Assembly: GCF_000150275.1 (NCBI RefSeq)
Contig: NW_002060944.1
Location: 3,076,152-3,140,151 of the forward strand
Reading direction: 5' to 3'
Length of the DNA stretch: 64,000 bases
DNA from: Trichoplax adhaerens
Lineage: Eukaryota > Animalia > Placozoa
Shown here: positions 55,579 through 64,000 of the stretch, one piece after another
How positions within the stretch are numbered: the stretch's first letter is position 1
How the letters are laid out: every line of letters begins with the position of its first letter
Notes under the pieces: generated by a model
Databases searched by the model: none
What the model was told of the DNA's origin: nothing
The model's input: the letters and a program-made list of their open reading frames with translations, nothing else
Translations under genes and position numbers: made by a program

Positions 55579-57354
55579 ACTAATATGGAAGAATATACCG
55601 GTACTCAATACATTCCTTAATTGAGAAACTGAATTCTACGAGTCCTAAACTGCAATAAATTTATGAGCTCGTAAGGATATATGATAGCCGATTATTTTCA
55701 AATTTTTCACCTCTAGCTATCGAAAGTGAGCAACGTAGAGTATGATAAATAATTAATTAGTATGAATCTGCCTTTAAAATTGTAAATTTGGTTAACGTCT
55801 TGTATAACACACCTTATTAACCTTATTAGAGATAACTTAGCACTGTTATTATTTGTTCAGTTCAATCTTTCCGGTATTGATGAGAGACTTAAGACATGAA
55901 AAGTCTTTTAGAAATGTAATTAAAAATTCTGACATCATTAACTGGCATATCAACTCAGTATAAAGTTTTTGAATACTATACGCTGTACATGCTTTATATT
56001 GTATTACCAGGTGGCCAGTGCAAAAACCATAATGCGAGTGGAACAATCGATCATTCTTTAATATCGTAGAGAATTATGCTTGCAGATACTAATCTAAAAA
56101 CTATCATGGCATTTAGCAATTCTATTTGAGGTCAAACTATTCTATAATAAAATGAAAGTGTGGCATGAAAATATTTTATATAGCGATATTGATGGATTAT
56201 TGAACGATTACATTATTAGGAATTACATGATATATTTTATTTTAATGAAGCGAATGTTAAAATAAAAATAGCAGAAATCCTCATCCATATTACAATAAAA
56301 AGCAAATCTTCTAAAGTCATATTTATCATCTGTTCTATGTTAATGTGAAATTGATCACGGAAGCTCATGAAGTAATTCAACTCATTGCTTCTGTTAATTG
56401 CGATGAATTAGGCAATGAATTACATATAATAATAGGGCCATCATCAACGATAGTTCCATGATTTCAGATATGGTATTAAATTTACAGTTGATATATATTT
56501 AATTAAAATAAAGAAATAAGGAAACTATTGACATCATTAGTTCGTTTCTTCCTCTCTCCTTTCAAGAGAGAAAAAATCCTGTAGCAATAATCTATTGCCG
56601 TAATTTAATGCCTATAATGTCCCTGCTTCACGTACATCTACACCATCTCGAGGACTGTGTCTAGTATATTTTACTCAACTAAATGTAGTGAAAGTTAATT
56701 TTGCGATAGTGCTAGACAAGGAAAGACTTCCTTTTATCATCGGTACATAATTCTTTTTATTTTTCTGTACATATACAATATAGATAGATAGTCATAGATT
56801 ACGATAGGAGAAAAGAGATTTGCAAGATTAGAAATGACATTAGCTAACCAGCATTGCTAGTTGTATGTCAACATTTAGCCGTAATTTTCCTTTATTATGT
56901 CATTTATTTAGATATTAAAACATTTAAAAATGTCACCATTTAGAACCGATATGAACAATAGGATTGTTAAAAGACATTTCTTGTAAGAAGTTTGCACTTT
57001 TTAAAATAGAATATCAACTTGAAAGGCATATTACAATGATATTTTCCGAAGTGTTGATACGTTAAAATTAGCAGCAAATAATAATACTTTTAATTAAAAT
57101 CATGGTTAATAGTTGTCGACAATGGTGAGAAAAACAGACACTGATCATTGCAGTAGTACAGCAAAATAGAATATTTTTCCATGAATGAGAAGAATTTAAT
57201 GAGGGAAAGGACTTCATTTCCAAGTTATTGCATATAATTGTTAAGTTAATTGAACCTGATAGTAATCAATCAGTAGAATACCAGCAAAGCTGTAGATTAG
57301 ACGTTTTGTATATTTGTTTCTTACATGGACACGAGTATTTCACGGCATTGTTTA

Positions 57355-60300
57355 TTATACATCGAATAGGTTAACACCACAGTCTCCAGATGTCTCTTCA
57401 ATCAGTTGGTTAAACCAAGATGCAACATCAACATCTTTCGTTTCGTAAATTTGGATGAATTTATGTTGCTGAAATTTAAACATGTAACAATGTGTACATA
57501 GTCAGTACATTTATGTGATAAAAAAAAATCGTTACGAATAATGTCTTTAATAATAAAGCCTTTTCATAAGTTGGTTTAAAGTATACAAGGAAATAATGTC
57601 AACAATAAATGTTACGTAGTATTTAACTTTTACTAACTAGTAATTCGGCATATTTCGGCCTGCGATCGTGATCTTTTATTAAACTGTAAATAGCATAAAT
57701 ATTAATTAGCCATGGTTATCAGAAACAGATGGTAGCCATTAAAAATCGCCATATAGATACGAAAGATGCACTAGTATATTTAAGGTAATAAACAGTAATT
57801 ATTATGGTTGCTAAGTCAGCTAATGCCTACACTCCTATTCGAGTTGTTTCTAAACACTGCTGTTAAACTAACCATTTCTCTACAAATGAGCAAAATTCTT
57901 GTGAAAATTGACCATTGCTTGGTAGTTTAGGTGGATCATCTTGCAATATTCTCGTCAACACTTGAAATTCTCCTTCACATTCATCGTAAGGAAATTTTCC
58001 GGTCGCCAGTTCAACCTATTTGTATGAAAAATTAATAGTATGATATAATTGCGTTCTCAACTAAGCCAATGTCAAAGTTTACTACTATAGGGTTTACATA
58101 CCAGAGAAATTCCTAAACTCCAAACGTCTGCGCGAATATCATATGTTCCAGTAGGATTTGACGGATCAATTCTTTCAGGCTTATCGACAAAGTAAAACAG
58201 ATTTACGCACGCAACTGGTTAATTATAATCAAACACAATACTGGTTGTATTCATAATAAATAAAAAATTGTCTACAAGCAAATAATAATTTCCATGTCAT
58301 TGATAAGTACTGAGATTGATGTAACGCTTTACATACCGACATGTATGCTGCACATCCTTTGCCACGTGTACGAGCTTTAGAATCAACTAAACGCCCACTA
58401 ATACCAAAATCGCACAATTTAACATTACCATCAGCATCTAATAGAATATTTGATGGCTTGACATCTTCAATGTAACCAAATGAATGAAAGATTGAATTTA
58501 AAATTTTAAATTAGTGGGTACCTCATTTTAAAACGTTTCCGTAACGTAGTTACGAAATTCAAAAATTGAGTTAATAAAAGGGTAAAGCAAATATTTAGCA
58601 TTGGTTATAAATACCTCGATGAATTACTCCATGATTTTGTTTCAGGTAGTGTAGTGCCTTGACAACCTAAATTTTTGGTTCAAGCAATATACATGGATTG
58701 GTCTGATAGATTACTTGTCCTGTGATATTGCTCAATTTCTAAAATTACCGGACTCTAATACTCACCGCGACTGTGATCTTTCCTAAGATATCTTCAGGAA
58801 TAGGCTGACCGGTTCTAGTTAGCAGTTTGCATAAACATGTACTCATTTTCTCCATGCAGATCAAAATATCAGACTAGCAAAGGAAGGTGTATTATCAATA
58901 TATTAGAAAGCCAACTTGTAGGGTAATTTAATTGTTACATTTAAGTTAGTAACACGATATCTATTACATAGAATTACCGCAGTTAATCAACATCAATTAT
59001 GATTATCAAATAATTCATAAACTATTTGATAGGACACACTTATAAAGATCGTTCTAAACTACTTGCTCGCTGTTGCAAGTTCCTATAACTACACTAGTTT
59101 ATAAACACATCTTGGCACACTGTCGTACCTCTGCAATCAGTAAGCCGAAGCATTTAACTATGTATGGACAATCATGACTCTTCATAACTACTTGTAAATC
59201 CATTAATACTCGTTTTTTCTCTTCTTCATTTTGAATTCGAGGAATTTTCTATATGAAGATGACAAATAATCAATAACTTGAAATTTTTTTCTCTGTCGTC
59301 CATATAACGAGAGAAATAATTTTTCCTTTGGCATTTATTTTAAATATAGAGATCAATCTATTAGTTGAATTAGCCAATCGACTTTGTACGAGATAGCAGA
59401 TTGCTAACCTTAACTGCTATTACAGATCTAGTTGCTGCATGTTCCATGGCATAGACAGTCCCGCAAGTTCCACTGCCAATTTGACCCATAACTTGAAGAT
59501 CGTCAAGGCCTATTTTATATTTCTAGAATTTTACACATTTTCGATCAAGAGATTAATCATCATGTCATTCAAGACCGAAGCAGTAGAATGAGAATAGTCG
59601 GTTATGATATTTATTACAGTTCGTTTTTGCCTCATGCGGTAACATCGAGTAAAAACCACCGCAGATTACCTTTCCATCAATAGTTAGTAAACCAGTTTCC
59701 TTCTTAATCTCTTCTAGCTGCTGATCCAATCTATTGATAACGATATCAGATGAAAATAAGACACGAGTGTCACTAATTACTATGCATGTCGTTATTACGG
59801 CCGTTCCAAAGAATGTTTTTCAGTCTCTAAACTGGCCAAGGTCAATGTCAAGGCTTCTAACGTTGTTTAGCCTAGGGGTGAACTCACTTTTATAAACACC
59901 ATCGCGATCTACCTTGATAATAATTCTTGGCGTGTACAGTATAGTACTATATTAGCACAAATACCATATGAGGCATACTGGAAAGTGCAACTAATTTGAG
60001 TACGGTTTGGAATTGCAGTTTATTCATTCAATTAGGCTGCAATGAAATGGTACTGCTACTGTAATCGTGTCGCTTTACATAATCACTAAATATCGTCTCC
60101 AAATTGATGGTATCCATAAGTTAACATGTGCAGTATTGCTTCGTGTCTATCTCTATGAGATGATTTTAAAGCTATCACACTGTCTATATATACATACACA
60201 TTAATCTAACCTATCGAGTCGCACCTATTTTTATATATATACTGTACATATTAATCTAACCTATCGAGTCGTACCTATTTTTAGTTACGATGTTTTTATT

Positions 60301-62388
60301 CAAGATATGACGATTATGTAATTATGATACGATTCAACAATATTGTACTTACTGTTCATTTTCAGATGCACCAGTACGACGAGCTACTTCTCTACGAACT
60401 AAATATCCATCAAATGAACGTTATCCAGTTTAGTAAAGTTGCCCCAAAATTCAATGACAATAGAACGACAACACGTAGATGAAGCGATTAAAATGTTGTC
60501 TACTCTATTGTTTTTATATTACGAATGCTGTTACAAACAGTACTACTCTATTTACATGTAAAGTATCAATAATAAGATTAATAATTATATAATCGGAGAA
60601 TCCAATCTGTGGGTATTACTACTCTTGACTGTGGTGACATGTTCTATAAATATGCAATCGGTATTGAGTAGTTTGCTTGACAAATACTGCTGTTGGTTCT
60701 ATACCGTTGGATAGACATGTATCGTTATAATCGTATGCTGGAGGTCAGATGTAGGATATAAGAGAAATTTTTTCTACTTCATAAAAATATGATGATGAGA
60801 TAGATGTTGTACCGTTTCCAAGGAATAGTAAAATAAAATTATTGTGAACTAGTTGCTCAATACAGTTCATTGCATCAGTAGAATGATTCAAGGATGACGC
60901 ATTAAATGATTGATTTATAGAGGACCGTATGCATCATGATTTTTCTACACCGCATAATGTGCTTTATGCTATGATCACTGGCTATAGGCGACACGGATTC
61001 CATTCTATAACGCTATTTGGAAATGGCAATATTGTAAAATGATACCAATTGCAACTGCCTATCCTACATTCAATTCAATATTACTCAAATTGGATAACGA
61101 ACGCGTTCAGGCAATTAGTAGACATACAAGTAGTATTACGTTAAGTGAAGAGAATACGACCCTATGACAAAGGTCGACAAGACAGAATACGATGTGCAAC
61201 TGGATGTTGTGTTTTGATTACAGCACCTGGTCTCCTTTTAGGTTTGAAATTAGTTGATAAATTTAACGTCGGTTTTGATTGATTTAAGTTATGGCCTAGT
61301 AAATGATTGTAATTCTTCTTGGGTTCATTCTCTTGTTTTAAATTTAATCCTAATGCGCTCATTCCGTCACGTATATTGCCAGTTGGTGACGAAGACATAG
61401 CGCTTTTTCTCCTCTTGGGCCTTGATGTTGCGTGGACTTTGTTAGAAAAAGAGCGTCTGAATGGGATTTGTTCTGTCCGAGTGGTGAAAGGATGTTGGTC
61501 AACACTTTCCAATTGGTTTGCCAGCTAGGGTCCAGCTGGAGTAGTGTGTCACGACAGTGCAATACTGTACAGTGTACAGTACGGCCACGGTGGAGTACTA
61601 TCCGTACAGTACAGTACTGTACGTCAGCGCTTTCTCATACGGGCACCACTAACCATACAGTGTACAGTGTACAGTACGGCTTATTGGAGGTTTTCTTTGT
61701 ACTGTAGACGAGTACTGTACTGTACACTGTACAGTACACTCTGCAAGTGTGCTACAGCTACACCTGTCGAAGGTTTGGTAGATTGGCTACTGTACACTGT
61801 ACAGTACTGTACTGTACAAGTTTTGATCATATTATCTGTTTTTTTAAAATCTAGATTGAATTTCTACACCCTTGTACTGTAGACTCTGCAAGTGTGCTAC
61901 AGTGCGACAGTACCATGGTACTGTAGATTGGCTACTGTAGACTCTGAAAGTGTGCTACAGTACGACAGGACCATAGTACTGTAGATTGGCTAGTGTACTC
62001 TGTAAGTGTCCTACTGTACAGTACGACAGGACCATGGTACTGTAGATTGGCTACTGTAGATTCTGAAAGTGTGCTACAGCACGACAGGACAATGGTACTT
62101 CTACAGGACCATGGTACTGTAGGTTGGCTACTGTACTGTACTGTACTCCATGCTACAGTCACTACAGTGCATTGCGTACAGTACTGAGTACTGTACGCAA
62201 CTACCCAATTTACTGTAGACCATACGGGTAGAACAAAGCTTGTTGGAATCATTGCTTACCCAACTCTCAAAGGAGATGTTAACGATTGCACACTGATCAT
62301 ATTGAACAATTTTGTCAATTGACGCACTTTTAGTACTCGCGCAAGACGCATTGACGCAACGTCCAACACGTATTCTAAATTCGGCCAT
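57355..62388 (-). CDS. MAP2K7: Dual-specificity MAP kinase kinase 7 (MKK7/JNKK2 orthologue)
   Basis: Kinase exons (- strand): 59730-59670 (LDQQLEEIKKETGLLTIDGK), 59522-59409 (GSGTCGTV..IAVK), 59248-59129 (KRVLMDL..KSHDCPYIV), 58873-58766, 58666-58615 (HGVIHR), 58464-58337 (DVKPSNILL..CDFGISGRLVDSKARTRGKGCAAYM), 58179-58102, 58015-57873, 57683-57638 and 57468-57355 (DVASWF..stop). These closely match MKK7 motifs, including the SKAxT activation loop. The N-terminal exons 60398-60353, 61524-61227 and 62388-62260 are frame-compatible but less certain (alternative ATG at 61398). Confidence 0.9.
60200..60282. repeat. Short direct repeat (~33 bp, period 50) in a MAP2K7 intron
   Basis: ATTAATCTAACCTATCGAGTCG(C/T)ACCTATTTTT occurs twice. 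Confidence 0.85.
61560..62220. repeat. TACAGT/ACTGTA-rich low-complexity tract containing a ~58-61-bp minisatellite
   Basis: The unit GTACTGTAGATTGGCTACTGTAGACTCTGAAAGTGTGCTACAGTACGACAGGACCAT recurs at ~61918, 61976 and 62037, with partial copies either side. Confidence 0.9.
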
Positions 62389-63530
62389 TTTGTTTTTGAT
62401 GGACTGAAATACGCGCCACGCACTGCGACCTACAGTACTGTATACAGTAGAGTAGGCGGCATCTTTATGGTGGAAAAATGGTCAATTGCCATAGTCATGA
62501 ATGCCAGAACGAAATGATGTCACCCCTGCTACTAAGCAATTGCACAATCGATGACTTATTTTTTGTTTCATTTTGCGCAATATGGAAATGATATCCTATT
62601 CGTTACTGTATATTATCCAAACGGATCATTTGCCACGTCGTTTTAGTTCACTTCAAGCTATTTTACAGTCTTGTAGTCTCTGCAAAACCTCACTAACCTC
62701 TCTGTACTGTATGCTTGATATTTACCATGAGGTAGGATTAGCCCTGCAATGGTGTACTGTGTATAGTGCAGACCTCCATTGTAAAAGGTAAAATATTATG
62801 CTTTATATTTACAGAGTTTCACTTCCCAATCTGTAAGTGACTGCTACAGTTAAGCACGTTAGAAAAAGGTCAATGCCTAGTAAACAAATTATTGAATGTC
62901 GTTCGAGTATGCCTGTGTAATGAATGGAGATATACTGCACCATAATTGCACACTCGTAACTTATTGCAGTATAAATGGAGTAGCCAAAAAATCAGTGCAG
63001 ACTATTCATGTGGTACTGCAACTGTTAACCACTTGGCAGTCAACGCACTGTAGTATGCACTACAGTATTAACATAATTATAGATGAATATGTAATAACTA
63101 CTAACAGATCAATCATCTACTATACGCCGCAAAATAAACAAATAGATTAATATAGTATAAATCCCCGGATTTAGATTGTTACGTGCATTGCTGTTCAGAC
63201 CAGTAAAGTCACTATATATAGTATTTATTTAACTATTTTTAAAATACTCCTATGGAGAGTAAAATCGTAATCGAATTATCTACATTGATTGTATAGATTT
63301 CTCATCTAACGTACAACTGATATTATTATTAGTAAGTATTGTGCATATAAATGTATGTAATCATTGATACATTATTAATACTAGTAGATTACCCGTTCAA
63401 ATGAACAGAAAGCAATAAATTAAAAGAAATGATCAGCTAGACTACATTAGAGCTTTAGCACGTACGTTTGCATTACCATCCAAATTATGCTACATTATCT
63501 TTCAACGCATAGATTTTCTAACAAGTGCAA

Positions 63531-63957
63531 AAAAATGGTGATCCTAACAACAGACAGCGTATTCTTGTGCACGTCTTTATGTAATTATAGTAGATAACGG
63601 CAAGTAAGGGGATAGCGGTTAATGATAAGTCGGTTTATATCACTATATTACGTATATTGATATCGAGTAAAATAAATAATCCACTGAGATACAATTTTGA
63701 GGGTCAAGTTTGCTACAAGAACTTGCTATTAAATTTAAAGTCTCGGAATTTAACTGCAAGTTTTTGTAGGAAACTTAATCCTCGAGATTGTATCTCAGTG
63801 ATATATAATGCCCAATCTTATAAGAGAAAAAAATGGTAATCCTGACAACTGACAACGTAATCTAGCGCACGGCTGCATATAATTGTAGTAGATAATGGCA
63901 AGTAAAGTGACAGAGGTTAATGATGGAGTAGTTTAAATCACTATGCTACGTGTAGTT
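63531..63957. repeat. Degenerate direct repeat (~125 bp, period ~300)
   Basis: AAAATGGT.ATCCT.ACAAC.GACA.CGTA..TAGTAGATAA.GGCAAGTAA..GGTTAATGAT..ATCACTAT occurs at ~63531 and ~63830. Confidence 0.75.
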
Positions 63958-64000
63958 GCATTAGTAAAACAAATGAAGCACAAACTGCCAAAGACCACGT

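Noticed and set aside
61876-62130. CRISPR-like appearance of recurring units
   Set aside because: The units are contiguous with no unique spacers, the context is a eukaryotic intron, and there are no cas genes.
61432-62252. Several 60-110-aa ORFs rich in Y/S/T/V/C/Q
   Set aside because: They are artefacts of the TACAGT/ACTGTA repeat, which lacks stops in some frames.

Overview
AT-rich, intron-dense eukaryotic DNA from an early-branching animal. The composition, short introns and gene content are most suggestive of a placozoan such as Trichoplax (inference only). Bases 1-49,200 hold a tandem + strand array of six paralogous secreted MAM-domain/S1A serine protease genes. Three are intact: A (1514-8819) and F (40010-48397) encode signal peptide-MAM-MAM-EGF-EGF-MAM-MAM-protease, and C (25901-30540) encodes signal peptide-MAM-MAM-protease. 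Three are pseudogenes (B, D, E). The intact paralogs differ at the S1 specificity residues (G189/S226, S189/T226, D189/G226), yet all keep an Arg-I(V/I)GG activation site, which suggests a trypsin/chymotrypsin/elastase-like zymogen set. The array carries several solo-LTR-like insertions, three of them with clean 5-bp target-site duplications, as well as a repeated upstream module and gene-conversion-like tracts. Downstream lies a small two-exon gene for an 85-aa secreted precursor ending KK-EDSSDPDIWF-G, a candidate WFamide neuropeptide with a His-striped helix. It faces tail-to-tail a multi-exon MAP2K7 (MKK7) gene on the - strand, whose putative first intron is a TACAGT/ACTGTA minisatellite. 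All exon structures were derived by hand from GT-AG boundaries and reading frame.
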